From Vulcanimicrobiota bacterium (GTDB lineage Bacteria > Vulcanimicrobiota > Vulcanimicrobiia > Vulcanimicrobiales > Vulcanimicrobiaceae): a DNA stretch of 64,000 bases. The stretch covers positions 872,231 to 936,230 of the forward strand of contig CAVZQC010000004.1 of the NCBI GenBank assembly GCA_963777315.1, given 5' to 3'. Under the pieces are notes generated by a model, which was given only the letters and a program-made list of their open reading frames with translations, did not search any database and was not told the origin of the DNA. Shown here in pieces: positions 1 to 9,772 of the stretch. Numbering within the stretch: position 1 is the stretch's first letter; every line of letters begins with the position of its first letter. Made by a program: the position numbers and the translations under genes.

Positions 1-178
1 TGACGACGACGCCGTTGCGCGCCAGCACCGGAGACCGGCTTTGCGGCAGCCATCCCTCCGCGCGATCGCCGCGCACGGCGCTATCCGCCGGAACTTTCGG
101 CGGTGCGGGCGCCGCGCACACCAGCGTGTACGCAGCAAAAGCGCCGGCAATGATACAACTCATAACTACACGTCGCAT
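1..178 (-). CDS. ggt: Gamma-glutamyltransferase, N-terminal part (runs off the window edge)
   Basis: Manual translation from ATG 178: MRRVVMSCIIAGAFAAYTLVCAAPAPPKVPADSAVRGDRAEGWLPQSRSPVLARNGVVV. Signal peptide followed by 'RSPVLARNGVV', which resembles the GGT N-terminus. Only 59 codons are visible. Confidence 0.55.
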   Translation of the reverse strand, partial: MRRVVMSCIIAGAFAAYTLVCAAPAPPKVPADSAVRGDRAEGWLPQSRSPVLARNGVVV

Positions 179-233
179 GAGCCGCACTTCGCTGCGCGCA
201 GCCGTTACTCTTTACCGAAGCTGTGCCGTCGCC

Positions 234-2249
234 TCACTCTTGACCCAAGGCAAACCGCTTTGCCGCCACCCACCGGTACAGCCCCAGAGCAAGCGCAATG
301 AACGCGACACCGCCGATAACTTCGGACGGAATCAAAAACCGATCGCCTACCAGCGATAACGGCGCGCCCTTTCCGCTAAATACGATGATTCCGGATAGCA
401 AAACGCCGAACAAGCTCTCCCCCACTATCAGGCCCGACGCGAGCAACACGCCCAAGCGCTTTGCCACCTCGGAATGCGGCCCGCGCGATACGCCGCGATT
501 GTACGCCCAGCCGAGAACCGCCCCCAGCACGGCGGCCGCCGTCGTCGACGTCGGCAGGTAAATGCCCAGGCCCACTGCAAGCGGAGGCAACTTCGCGCGT
601 CCGTTCGTGCGCGCGCGCAGTATTTCGTCGACGACGATGACGCCGATGCCCACCAGCGCGCCGATCGAAATCAGTCCCCAGTCGATCTGCCCGCTGATTA
701 CGCCCTTTGCCAGCGCCGAAATCAGCGTGGCCTGCGGCGCGGGCAGCGGCTGCGCTACGGCTGCTGCATGCGCGCGCGGCGCGCCCGCGAAACCGTATGC
801 GGCATTGAGCAAATCGAGGATCGGCGGAATCACCAGCGACCCGAACACCACGCCCGCAACCAGCGCCACTTGCTGACGCCACGGCGTTGCGTCGACGAGT
901 TGCCCGGTCTTGAGATCCTGCAGATTATCGTTGGCAATCGTCGCCGCCGCCAGAACGACTGCCGTTACGAACAGCGCAAACGCAACCAGCGCGTCCTTTG
1001 CGCTCCCCGACGCGCCGTGCGCAACGAACAGCACGATGAGCGAAATGCCGATGATCGCCAGTATCGCAAGCCCTGAAACCGGACTATTCGAAGAGCCGAT
1101 CAGGCCGGCCATGTATCCCGCAACCGCTGCCACGATAAAGCCGACGACGACCACGTAAATCACCGCGGCGATCGTCAACGGAACGATGTACGCTCCCAGA
1201 GCGCCGCCGTGCAAAAACGCGACCAGCAAAAACGCCATCGGCACCAAACAGGCAAGGCTAATGATTCCCACGATGCCGATCGGCATGTCGTGCTCGGTGC
1301 GCGCGAGCAAGTGCGCCTCCCCCGCGGATCTGCGGCGGGATGCTTCGATCGCTGCAAGCAAACCCGTCCACACCGGAACCGCCAGGCGCGCGAGCGTCCA
1401 AATGGCCGAGATCCCGATAGCGCCCGCGCCGATGAAGCGCACCTGGTGCGACCACACGGCCGTCGCAACGTCCGCCGCGGGACCGATTGCAGGATGAAGC
1501 GCAGTAAGTGCCGGCACGGCGACGCCCCAAGCAATCACGAATCCCGTTAGAATCGCAAGTCCGACCGCCAAACCGATCAAATGTCCGGCACCCAGCAATG
1601 CGAGCGACAGGGAAAAACCGATGCCGCTGGCCGAAGCACCCGCGCGAAAATAGTAATCGATCTCCCCGGCGAACACGCGCGTTGCCGTTATCGCCGCAAA
1701 GATCGCCGACGATATCGCGCCCCACACCACTGCCGACAGTCCGGCTTTGCCTTCGGCGGCCCCTTCGCGCGTGCCGGTGCCGACGCGCAGGATCTCGGCG
1801 GCCGCGACGCCTTCGGGATACGGAAGGTCCGATGTCGTCACCAGCGCGCGGCGAAGCGGAATGGTGAACATCACGCCCAGCACGCCGCCCACCACGCAAA
1901 CGCCGAACGAGGGCCAAAACGGAAATCCGCTCCACCAGCCGACCATGACCAATCCCGGAAGCACGAAGATGATCGATGAAATCGTCCCCGCCGCGGACGC
2001 GACGGTTTGAACGATGTTGTTTTCGTAGATCGTGCCGGTCTTGAACGCGCGCAGCACGGCCATCGAGATGACGGCCGCGGGAATCGACGAGGCGAACGTG
2101 AGGCCCACCTTGAGGCCCAGATACACGTTTGCGGCGGTGAAGACGAGCGTAATGGCCGCGCCCAGCACCAAACCGCGAACGGTTAATTCAAGCCGTGCCC
2201 GTGCAGCGTCCGGCGCAGCCGCCGAAGCCGCGGCAGAGGATCCAAGCAT
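234..2249 (-). CDS. OPT-family oligopeptide transporter
   Basis: 671-aa multi-TM ORF with OPT motifs ELTVRGLVLG, NVYLGLKVG, ENNIVQT, LPYPEGVAAAE, DNLQDLKTG, LPAPQA. Confidence 0.93.
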   Translation of the reverse strand: MLGSSAAASAAAPDAARARLELTVRGLVLGAAITLVFTAANVYLGLKVGLTFASSIPAAVISMAVLRAFKTGTIYENNIVQTVASAAGTISSIIFVLPGLVMVGWWSGFPFWPSFGVCVVGGVLGVMFTIPLRRALVTTSDLPYPEGVAAAEILRVGTGTREGAAEGKAGLSAVVWGAISSAIFAAITATRVFAGEIDYYFRAGASASGIGFSLSLALLGAGHLIGLAVGLAILTGFVIAWGVAVPALTALHPAIGPAADVATAVWSHQVRFIGAGAIGISAIWTLARLAVPVWTGLLAAIEASRRRSAGEAHLLARTEHDMPIGIVGIISLACLVPMAFLLVAFLHGGALGAYIVPLTIAAVIYVVVVGFIVAAVAGYMAGLIGSSNSPVSGLAILAIIGISLIVLFVAHGASGSAKDALVAFALFVTAVVLAAATIANDNLQDLKTGQLVDATPWRQQVALVAGVVFGSLVIPPILDLLNAAYGFAGAPRAHAAAVAQPLPAPQATLISALAKGVISGQIDWGLISIGALVGIGVIVVDEILRARTNGRAKLPPLAVGLGIYLPTSTTAAAVLGAVLGWAYNRGVSRGPHSEVAKRLGVLLASGLIVGESLFGVLLSGIIVFSGKGAPLSLVGDRFLIPSEVIGGVAFIALALGLYRWVAAKRFALGQE

Positions 2250-2279
2250 GGCGCACCGTTAGATGACCGGGCGCCGGTT

Positions 2280-2567
2280 TCATGCGCGGCGCGTCACCAC
2301 GATTTCGCTGCCGGTGGGCGTCACGTTCTTTTCCAGCGCTCGCCCGGCGAGCCAAACGAAAGCCGTACACAGCAGCGCGAGCAGTGCTGCATCGTCGAAC
2401 AGTCCCAGGATCGGGATGTCGGCGAAAATATCCAGCGGTGAAATGATCAGCAGCCCGAGCGCGACGGTAAGTACTTTGAGCAGCGCGGGAACGCGGGTGT
2501 CTCGCATGAGCGGAACGGTCGCCTTGAAGCTGCGGACCGCCCAGAATATCGCGCGCGGAAGAGCCAT
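2280..2567 (-). CDS. YkvA/DUF1232-family small membrane protein
   Basis: Motif ISPLDIFADIPILGLFDD matches the SPxDxxPDxIPxxGxxDD pattern of DUF1232. Confidence 0.8.
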   Translation of the reverse strand: MALPRAIFWAVRSFKATVPLMRDTRVPALLKVLTVALGLLIISPLDIFADIPILGLFDDAALLALLCTAFVWLAGRALEKNVTPTGSEIVVTRRA

Positions 2568-2669
2568 ACGTTATGAATATCGGTCGCCTACCGGAAAAGT
2601 TGCAGAACCTGCGCTCCGCAGGCAGCCGTACGGCGGGAACACCCGGCCCTTTGGACCAAAATTGCGGCT

Positions 2670-3332
2670 ATGGAGACGATAGAAAGCGTTACGGAAGTCC
2701 GGCGCATGCTCTCGCCGGCGCCGCGCCCGCAAAGCGTGGCCTTCGACGGTGAAACGCTCTGGATGGGCTCGCTCGAGACTTCGCGCCTGTATGCTCTCGA
2801 CCCGCTGCACTGGACGGTGCGCGAGGAAACCGAAGCGCCCGGTAAGCCGTACGGCATCACCGTCATGGGTGAGGAACTTCGGGTGCTGCTCTCGGAAGGG
2901 CCTGACGACAAACGCATCATTCGGCGGTACATTCCGGGCCACGGATTTAAAAACAACGGCGCGATTGCATGCCCCGACGACACCGGCTCGCAACTGGGTT
3001 ACGACGGGGATCGGCTCTACGTCAGCCAGTGGTACAATAGGCGCATCATTTCGCTCGATGCGGACGGACGAATCGGAACGGTGATCGAAGCGCCGCACGG
3101 CATTTGCGGGCAAGTGATTTTCGGCGGCGCCTTTTATCTGCTGGGCACCGACGATGAAGAATCCGACGAGTATTTCCTCTCACGGATCGACGCGCGCGAC
3201 GGAACGGCGAAAGCCGACGACATCGCCCGCGTCAACTTTCAGGGCCGCGGTTTAGCGTTCGACGGAACTCGCTTCTGGAGCAATCATCGCGAGAAGCACG
3301 AGATCGTCGCTTTTACGATTCCGTCCTGGTGA
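2670..3332 (+). CDS. Hypothetical beta-propeller protein (glutaminyl-cyclase-like repeats)
   Basis: 220-aa ORF with repeated blades PQSVAFDGETLW, SQLGYDGDRLY, GRGLAFDGTRFW. Confidence 0.65.
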   Translation: METIESVTEVRRMLSPAPRPQSVAFDGETLWMGSLETSRLYALDPLHWTVREETEAPGKPYGITVMGEELRVLLSEGPDDKRIIRRYIPGHGFKNNGAIACPDDTGSQLGYDGDRLYVSQWYNRRIISLDADGRIGTVIEAPHGICGQVIFGGAFYLLGTDDEESDEYFLSRIDARDGTAKADDIARVNFQGRGLAFDGTRFWSNHREKHEIVAFTIPSW

Positions 3333-3352
3333 CGGGTCCGTTCGTCACGCCT

Positions 3353-3673
3353 TTACTGATGAGTCTTGGGCACCTTCGGGTGCGCAGGCGCAGAAACCGC
3401 CCGCATCTCGATCTTCATTAAATTCAACTGTTGCTGCAACTCTAAATATTGGGTTTGCAGCAGCTGCTGCTGCATCTGGGCCTGCAGATTTGCGCGTGAA
3501 AGATTCTGCTGGCTCTCAAGCCGCACGGCCTGCGTATTGAGCTGGTTCTGCATTTGCTGCTGGAGCGCTTGCGTTACGATGACGCGGTTGACCCGTGGAC
3601 TCACGTCCGCCCGTACGGCAACCGGCAAAAGGAACGCGGCGGCAATCAGCGCGGCCGCAAACGATCTTCTCAT
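3353..3673 (-). CDS. Secreted Gln-rich hypothetical protein
   Basis: Signal peptide ending VRA-D, 20 Gln in 106 aa, starts 15 nt after the kinase stop on the same strand. Confidence 0.65.
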   Translation of the reverse strand: MRRSFAAALIAAAFLLPVAVRADVSPRVNRVIVTQALQQQMQNQLNTQAVRLESQQNLSRANLQAQMQQQLLQTQYLELQQQLNLMKIEMRAVSAPAHPKVPKTHQ

Positions 3674-3688
3674 AGCGGGATCATGACC

Positions 3689-5053
3689 CTACGCCACGGG
3701 GTTTGGTTGCTGCTCGCGAGGCAAGCACAGCGTCACGCGCGTGCCCTTGCCCGGAGCGGTTTCCAGCCGAGCCGTCCCGTGTGCCCGCTCGACAGCGCGC
3801 CTGGCTATCGCAAGCCCCAAGCCCGAACCGTCGATTTCGCCGTGCGCGCCGCGATAAAAGCGGTCGAATGCATGCTCGGCATCCTCGGGCTCCATCCCCG
3901 GCCCCGAATCGGAAACGCTGATGCAGGCAGCATCGGAATCGCTGGTTACGTCGATTCGCACATCGGACTTCGGTGCATACTTGAGCGCGTTGTCGACCAA
4001 ATTTTTCACTGCTTCGTATAGTTCGGATTCATCCGCCGTAACGATGGCGGACCCGGCGGCGGCATCGGTCCGGATGCGCCCGTTTGCCAGCGGATGCAAC
4101 GCGTCGGCCGCGCGTTGCGCCACCGCGTTCAAGTCTACCGGTACGGGGCGCGTTGCCGCCGGCGCGCGGTCCAAGCGCGCGAGCAGAATGAGCTTTTCGA
4201 TGATCGACCGCATCTTGCGGCTCTCGTCGAGCATGGTTTCATACGTGCGTTGAGTCCCTTCGCTGCCTTGAACGATCCCTTGGCGCAGCACATCGAGATA
4301 GCCCATGATAATCGTCAGCGGCGTGCGCAGTTCGTGCCCCGCGTCGGCGATGAACTGGCGCATCTGCGCTTCGGTTTGCCGGCGTTCCGCGGTCGCCGTC
4401 GCCAAGCTGTATGCCACGTCGTTGTACGCGTTGGTCAACTCCCACAAGTTGTTGCCTTCGCTCAAAAGCCGGCGCGGTGAAAAATCACCCGCTGCGACCA
4501 CGCGAAGTGCCTGCGTCACTTCGGCCAGCGGAACCACGGCACGCGCGGTAATGCGCCGGCCGATCAGCCATGCTGCCAGCACGCCCAGCGCGCCGATGGG
4601 CAGCATGATCGACCAGTACCACAGCAAGATTTGGCCGAAGCGATCGAAATCCGCGCTGATCGCGATCGTGCCGCCGGCGATCGGCACCTGCACTCGCGGC
4701 AGTCCCACGAGCCGCCCGATCGCAATGACCACGGCGCGGCCGGCACCGGCCGATTGCCGGCGCTCGTTTTGCGCAAGCGGGCGTCCGCGATCGTCGAGCA
4801 CCAGTACGCGAAAGCGTGAACGGCCCACGGATGCCGCAAGCCGGGGCGCAACCTGCGCGAGCGGATGCGCGGGAGTTATCAGTCGCCCGGCGATTTCGGA
4901 CGCGCGCTGCGCCGCCGACGCAACGGCGTCGTTCATGCCGCGCGCGTACAGCAAAAATGCCAGCGCGGTAGACGCCGCAACGATCGCCAGAATCAAAACG
5001 ACGGCCAGCGCCACGTACGCGCGCGTGATGCTCCGGCTCAGCGATGCAAACAT
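3689..5053 (-). CDS. HAMP-domain sensor histidine kinase
   Basis: Two TM segments, H-box FIADAGHELRTPL, N-box NLVDNALKY, G-boxes DSGPG and GSGLGL. Confidence 0.95.
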   Translation of the reverse strand: MFASLSRSITRAYVALAVVLILAIVAASTALAFLLYARGMNDAVASAAQRASEIAGRLITPAHPLAQVAPRLAASVGRSRFRVLVLDDRGRPLAQNERRQSAGAGRAVVIAIGRLVGLPRVQVPIAGGTIAISADFDRFGQILLWYWSIMLPIGALGVLAAWLIGRRITARAVVPLAEVTQALRVVAAGDFSPRRLLSEGNNLWELTNAYNDVAYSLATATAERRQTEAQMRQFIADAGHELRTPLTIIMGYLDVLRQGIVQGSEGTQRTYETMLDESRKMRSIIEKLILLARLDRAPAATRPVPVDLNAVAQRAADALHPLANGRIRTDAAAGSAIVTADESELYEAVKNLVDNALKYAPKSDVRIDVTSDSDAACISVSDSGPGMEPEDAEHAFDRFYRGAHGEIDGSGLGLAIARRAVERAHGTARLETAPGKGTRVTLCLPREQQPNPVA

Positions 5054-5725
5054 CTATTCGATACGCAGGGTGTAGCCGACGCCGCGCACGGTATGAATCA
5101 GCCTTTGCTCGAAACCGTCGTCGACCTTGGCGCGCAAGTACGAAATGTAGCGCTCGACCGCCGCGGGCGTCACGTCCCGTTCGTCGCCCCATACCATTTC
5201 GAGCAGCTCGTCGCGGGTGAACACGCGTTTGGGGCGGCGCAGCAGCGTGACGAGCAGATTGAATTCCAGCGGCGAAAGGTCCAAGCGCGTGTCCGCGCGC
5301 TGCGCGACGTGCGTCTGCAGATCGACGATCAGGTCCGCGTACCGCAGCACGTCGCCGTGTTCGATGTGCGGGCGTCGCAGTTTGGCCTCGATGTGCGCGA
5401 TCAGTTCGGATATCTCGAAGGGCTTGCTTAAGTAATCGTCCGCGCCGTGAGACAGGCCGGAAACCTTGTCTTCCACCTCGCCCTTTGCGCTGAGCATGAT
5501 GACCGGCGCGTCGGTGATGCGCCGCAGCATCGGCAGCAGCGAGATCCCGTCGATCTTTGGCAGCATCACGTCCAGCACGATCGCGTCGGGCTCCCACTGC
5601 GTTGCCGCCGTCAGCGCGGTCTGTCCGTCGGGCGCGCTCTGCACGTCGTAGCCGTGGTGGCGCAAGCTGAGTTCGAGCAACTCTCGGATGCGCCGCTCGT
5701 CGTCCACCACAAGCACGCGAGTCAT
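5054..5725 (-). CDS. OmpR/MprA-type response regulator
   Basis: MTRVLVVDDE, LDVMLP, GADDYLSKPF, HTVRGVGY. Start ATG 5725 overlaps the permease stop (ATGA). Confidence 0.95.
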   Translation of the reverse strand: MTRVLVVDDERRIRELLELSLRHHGYDVQSAPDGQTALTAATQWEPDAIVLDVMLPKIDGISLLPMLRRITDAPVIMLSAKGEVEDKVSGLSHGADDYLSKPFEISELIAHIEAKLRRPHIEHGDVLRYADLIVDLQTHVAQRADTRLDLSPLEFNLLVTLLRRPKRVFTRDELLEMVWGDERDVTPAAVERYISYLRAKVDDGFEQRLIHTVRGVGYTLRIE

Positions 5726-6933
5726 TCGAAGCGCAGCGCCTCGATCGGCCGCAAGTTGGCGGCTTTGCGCGCCGGATAGTATCCGAAGAACACGCCGACC
5801 ATCGCCGAGAACAGCACGGAAAACGCGATCCATGCGGGTGGGATCATCATCGGCCACTTCGCGAGAAGAGCGACCACACCCGTACCGCCCAGGCCGAACA
5901 CGACTCCGATCAGGCCGCCGACCGTGGATAGCACGATCGATTCGGTCAGGAACTGGCGCAGAATCACCCGTCCGCGCGCGCCCACCGCCATCCGCAATCC
6001 GATTTCGCGCGTACGTTCGGTAACGGACACCATCATGATGTTCATGATGCCGATGCCTCCGACGATGAGCGAAACGGCCGCAACGCCCGCGAGCAGAAAT
6101 TCCATCACCGCTCCGGTCGACGATGCGGCCGCTGCGATGTCCTGAAGATTGCGAACCGAGAAATCGTCCTGCTGCGCAGGCGCAATCCGATGGCGCTGCT
6201 CGAGCAGTGCGGTAACCTCGTTCTGCACGTCCGTTACGCTTTGAGAATCCTGCGCCGAAACCATCAGGGTGTTCACCGTCGTTTGTCCGGTCAGCCGCTG
6301 CATGGCGGACGTGTAGGGAATCATGATCGTATCGTCTTGATCTTGCCCCATGCCGCTTTGCCCGAGCGCGGACAGTGTCCCTACCACCGTAAACGGCACG
6401 CCTTTGACGAACACCGTTTTGCCCAGTGGCGACGATCCGTCCGGAAACAGATTCGCAATGACCGTTTGGCCCAATACCGCGACCTTTGCGGCCGAAGCAA
6501 CGTCGTTTTGCGTGAAGAACGTGCCGCTCGCCATCGGCCAGCTGCGCACGAACGTATACGTGGGCGCCACGCCGGAGATCGACGTCTGCCAGTTGTTGCC
6601 GCCCGAAACGACTTGCGATCGGACGCTCACGACGGGCGACACCGCCGCAACGCCGGACAGCTTGGCAATGGCCATGCCGTCGTCGGGCGTGAGGGTCGAA
6701 GCGCCGCCGAAACCGCTGCGCGCGCCGCTTTGCGTGACGCTTCCCGGCATGACGACGATCATGTTGCTGCCCAGGCTGTTGATTTGATTTTGCACCGATA
6801 TGCGCGCACCCGCGCCGATCGCGACCGTGACGATCACCGCCGCGACGCCGATGATGACGCCCAGCATCGTGAGCAGCGAGCGCCCGCGATTGCGCAGCAG
6901 CGCATCCAACGCGAGTCGAAGCGTCGACATCAT
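5722..6933 (-). CDS. MacB-like ABC transporter permease
   Basis: RSLLTMLGVIIGVAAVI, GGIGIMNIMMVSVTERTREIGLRMAVGA, PIEALRFE. Confidence 0.93.
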   Translation of the reverse strand: MMSTLRLALDALLRNRGRSLLTMLGVIIGVAAVIVTVAIGAGARISVQNQINSLGSNMIVVMPGSVTQSGARSGFGGASTLTPDDGMAIAKLSGVAAVSPVVSVRSQVVSGGNNWQTSISGVAPTYTFVRSWPMASGTFFTQNDVASAAKVAVLGQTVIANLFPDGSSPLGKTVFVKGVPFTVVGTLSALGQSGMGQDQDDTIMIPYTSAMQRLTGQTTVNTLMVSAQDSQSVTDVQNEVTALLEQRHRIAPAQQDDFSVRNLQDIAAAASSTGAVMEFLLAGVAAVSLIVGGIGIMNIMMVSVTERTREIGLRMAVGARGRVILRQFLTESIVLSTVGGLIGVVFGLGGTGVVALLAKWPMMIPPAWIAFSVLFSAMVGVFFGYYPARKAANLRPIEALRFE

Positions 6934-7631
6934 GCCGCCTCCTGCATACGGCACGTGTCGGAAACCACACGGCCGTCGCGGAATGCGATCACGCGCTTCG
7001 CGTAAGCGGCCACGTCCGGCTCGTGGGTGACGAGCAGAATCGTTATCCCGCATTCTCGATTCAGACGCGCGAACAGGTCCATGACGTCCTGCGACGTCTT
7101 CGTATCCAACGCGCCGGTGGGCTCGTCGGCCAGAATCAAACCCGGATTGTTCACCAGCGAACGCGCTATGGCGACGCGCTGCTGCTGACCGCCGGACATC
7201 TGGTTGGGCGCATGCTCGGCCAAATGTGCGACGCCGACGATCTCCATTTTCTCCAGCGCGATGCGCCGGCGTTCTTCGTCGGGCACTCCCGCATAGACCA
7301 TCGGCAATTCGACGTTCTGCAGCGCGCTGGTGCGCGGGAGCAGATTGTACGACTGAAACACGAAGCCCAAGCGCCGGCTGCGAATGTCCGCGCGCTCGTC
7401 GGGGCACAGGTTCGAAACGTCGCTGCCTTCGAACGTGTACTTACCGGCGGTAGGCTCGTCGAGCAGTCCGACGATGTGCATGAAGGTCGATTTGCCCGAA
7501 CCCGAGGGCCCCATCACCGCGACGAACTCGCCCGGTTCGATCTGCACGCCTACATCGTCCAGCGCGCGCACGCGCTGGGTGCCTAAGTCGTACACTTTCT
7601 CGAGTGCTTCAACCTTTACTACGGGTACCAT
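6930..7631 (-). CDS. ABC transporter ATP-binding protein (MacB/LolD type)
   Basis: Walker A GPSGSGKST, signature MSGGQQQRVAIAR, Walker B ILADEPTGALD. Confidence 0.95.
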   Translation of the reverse strand: MVPVVKVEALEKVYDLGTQRVRALDDVGVQIEPGEFVAVMGPSGSGKSTFMHIVGLLDEPTAGKYTFEGSDVSNLCPDERADIRSRRLGFVFQSYNLLPRTSALQNVELPMVYAGVPDEERRRIALEKMEIVGVAHLAEHAPNQMSGGQQQRVAIARSLVNNPGLILADEPTGALDTKTSQDVMDLFARLNRECGITILLVTHEPDVAAYAKRVIAFRDGRVVSDTCRMQEAA

Positions 7632-9283
7632 TAGCGTATCGCCCTTCCGATGCCGCCCATGCCGGCGGGACCGCCGCCGTGCGTACTTGCAGACGGCTTA
7701 CGAGCGCCCGCGCCGGACGAACCGCTCGCGACGATCACGTTGTCACCGGCGCTCAGCGAGCCGTGCACGGGCGTTACCGCGGCTTGCGTTCCGCTGATGA
7801 GATCAACGCGCACTCGAACGGGCTGCGGCTTTCCATTTGCGCTCACGAACACGACACCCGTACCGCCCGCGCTCACCGCACTGCCTGCGCCCGAGGCGGT
7901 TTGCCCCCACGGCGCGGCTGCAGATGCGGTCCCGGACGATGCAGAGCCTTGCACGTTTTGCACGTTTTGCACGTTCTGCACGTGTTTGTGCGTCGTCTTC
8001 GCATCGCTGGGACGAAAGCCGAGCGCCTGCGTCGGCACCACCAGCGCGTTATGGCGCGTTTGCACGGCTATCGTAGCGTTTGCCGTCATGCCCGGAAGCA
8101 GCTTGTTCTGCGGATTGCCGACCAGCGTGATCACGGTATAGGTCACGACGTTCGAAACCGTGGTCGGATTCTCGCGCACTTGCGTAACCACGCCGTCGAA
8201 AGTTTGATTAGGATAGGCCAGTACGCTGAAACTCACGGGGTTGCCCGGGCGCACGTTGCCGATGTCCGGCTCGCCAACCGCGATGTCGACTTCCATCTTT
8301 TTCAGATCTTGGGCTATCGTGAACAGCGTGGGCGTTTGAAAGCTGGCCGCAACGGTCTGCCCTACCGAAACGTTGCGCGCGATCACGGTGCCGTCGACCG
8401 GCGAGGTAATTACGGCGCGCTGAATGTTCAGCTGGTCCTGCGCCACCTGCGCGCCGGCCGCAGCGACGGCCGCTTGCGCGGCCTGGGCCGTATCTTGCGA
8501 TGCGCTCGCCTGAGCGGCGTTCACGGCGCTTTGCGCGGAACTCGCCTGGGCCTGACTTACGCTCGACGCCGCTTGCGCGCGTGCCTGCACGGCTGCAGCC
8601 TGCGCTGACTTGAGCGCGCTTTGCGCGGCCACGAAATTTGATTGATCGGCATCGTATTGGCTTTGCGCGATGTAGCCCTGGGAAAGCAAGGAACGGTCGC
8701 GGCCGACGGTTTGCTGCGCGACGTCGAGCGCGCTTTGCGCCTTGGCTACGTTTGCGTCCGCCGTGGCGATGCCGGCCTGCGCGGCCTGCGCGTTCGCGTT
8801 CTGCGCAGCACTGTTTGCCTGCGCGACGACTATGCTGGACTGCGCTCCGCCGGCGGTTTGCTGCTGCGCTGCGGCTTGTGCCTGCGCTTGCGCGAGCGAC
8901 GCCTGCGCCTGCTGCAGCTGCGCCTGCAGTTGGCTCGTGTCCAGTTTGGCCAGCACCTGGCCTTTGCGGACCTTACTGTTGTAATCGACGTAGATTGCGT
9001 CGATCGTGCCCGACACCTGCGTGCCGACGGTGATCGTGTCTTGCGGATTGACCGTTCCGGACGCAGTCACGCTCTGCGTGAGATCCTGCGTGACGACCGG
9101 CTGCGTTTGGTACGCTGCAGACGCGCCCGAGCGGGTCGCCAGCATCATGCCGGCGGCCAACGCCGCAATGAGCAGCAGAGCGGTCAGAATCGCCGGCATT
9201 TTGCGCCGTTTGAGGCTCGCGAACACGCCGTCCAGCCGCGGAAGCGACGGAAGGCTGATGGTGGCTTGATATTTTCCTAGCAT
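7631..9283 (-). CDS. MacA-like efflux periplasmic adaptor (membrane fusion protein)
   Basis: VGTQVSGTI..VDYNSKVRKGQVLA, long Ala/Gln coiled coil, ITSPVDGTVI, LLPGMTA. Start placed at ATG 9283 (uncertain). Confidence 0.88.
   Translation of the reverse strand: MLGKYQATISLPSLPRLDGVFASLKRRKMPAILTALLLIAALAAGMMLATRSGASAAYQTQPVVTQDLTQSVTASGTVNPQDTITVGTQVSGTIDAIYVDYNSKVRKGQVLAKLDTSQLQAQLQQAQASLAQAQAQAAAQQQTAGGAQSSIVVAQANSAAQNANAQAAQAGIATADANVAKAQSALDVAQQTVGRDRSLLSQGYIAQSQYDADQSNFVAAQSALKSAQAAAVQARAQAASSVSQAQASSAQSAVNAAQASASQDTAQAAQAAVAAAGAQVAQDQLNIQRAVITSPVDGTVIARNVSVGQTVAASFQTPTLFTIAQDLKKMEVDIAVGEPDIGNVRPGNPVSFSVLAYPNQTFDGVVTQVRENPTTVSNVVTYTVITLVGNPQNKLLPGMTANATIAVQTRHNALVVPTQALGFRPSDAKTTHKHVQNVQNVQNVQGSASSGTASAAAPWGQTASGAGSAVSAGGTGVVFVSANGKPQPVRVRVDLISGTQAAVTPVHGSLSAGDNVIVASGSSGAGARKPSASTHGGGPAGMGGIGRAIR
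7950..7983. repeat. 9-bp tandem repeat (about 3.8 copies of TGCACGTTT) inside the adaptor gene, encoding VQNVQNVQNVQ
   Basis: tgcacgttt tgcacgttt tgcacgttc tgcacgt read directly. Confidence 0.85.
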
Positions 9284-9728
9284 GGCAACAGCGAGCGTAT
9301 CGCATGTTGCTGACAACACCCGGAGACCGGATGAGAACCGGATTAAAGGCAGCTGAGGACTTAAAGCCGTACAGTCCGTGGCCTTGCGGGTTCGCGACGT
9401 AGACTTTGTACGCATGGCGCACACCGAGCGACTGCGTGAAGATCACGTGTACCGGAGTGCCGGGCTTGAGGTCCTTGGACTGCAGCGTCTTTCCGCCGGG
9501 CAGCGAAACGAACTTGGGCCAGGACAGGAACGACATGTCCGACGGAACGCCGTCGATGCAGTGAACCCGGACGTTTTCGATTGAAACGTGCCGCACGTAG
9601 CCGTGGCAATCGTGGTATTTACCGCCGGGCGGAAGACTGCCGCCGGCCGCGGAAACCGGAATCGTTGCACCCATGCACAGCGTGAGCGCGAGCAGCAGGC
9701 GCGCAAGTGAGCCGAATCTATACATCAC
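8973..9728 (-). CDS. Secreted hypothetical protein; true 3' end probably near 9350
   Basis: AAGGAG RBS, signal peptide and a plausible ~125-aa domain. The remainder overlaps the adaptor gene in another frame and looks like shadow sequence. Confidence 0.5.
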   Translation of the reverse strand: MMYRFGSLARLLLALTLCMGATIPVSAAGGSLPPGGKYHDCHGYVRHVSIENVRVHCIDGVPSDMSFLSWPKFVSLPGGKTLQSKDLKPGTPVHVIFTQSLGVRHAYKVYVANPQGHGLYGFKSSAAFNPVLIRSPGVVSNMRYARCCHARKISSHHQPSVASAAGRRVREPQTAQNAGDSDRSAAHCGVGRRHDAGDPLGRVCSVPNAAGRHAGSHAERDCVRNGQSARHDHRRHAGVGHDRRNLRRLQQ

Positions 9729-9772
9729 GTGTCACTCTCCTTATTATAAGGGCTTTTACCCGCCGCCGGCAG

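Noticed and set aside
5054..6970. 638-aa response regulator, and similarly inflated ORFs (15385-18867, 28476-31712, 30722-32515, 27396-28559)
   Set aside because: The N-terminal extensions are alternate-frame readthrough over upstream genes. The true starts lie at the start/stop overlaps.
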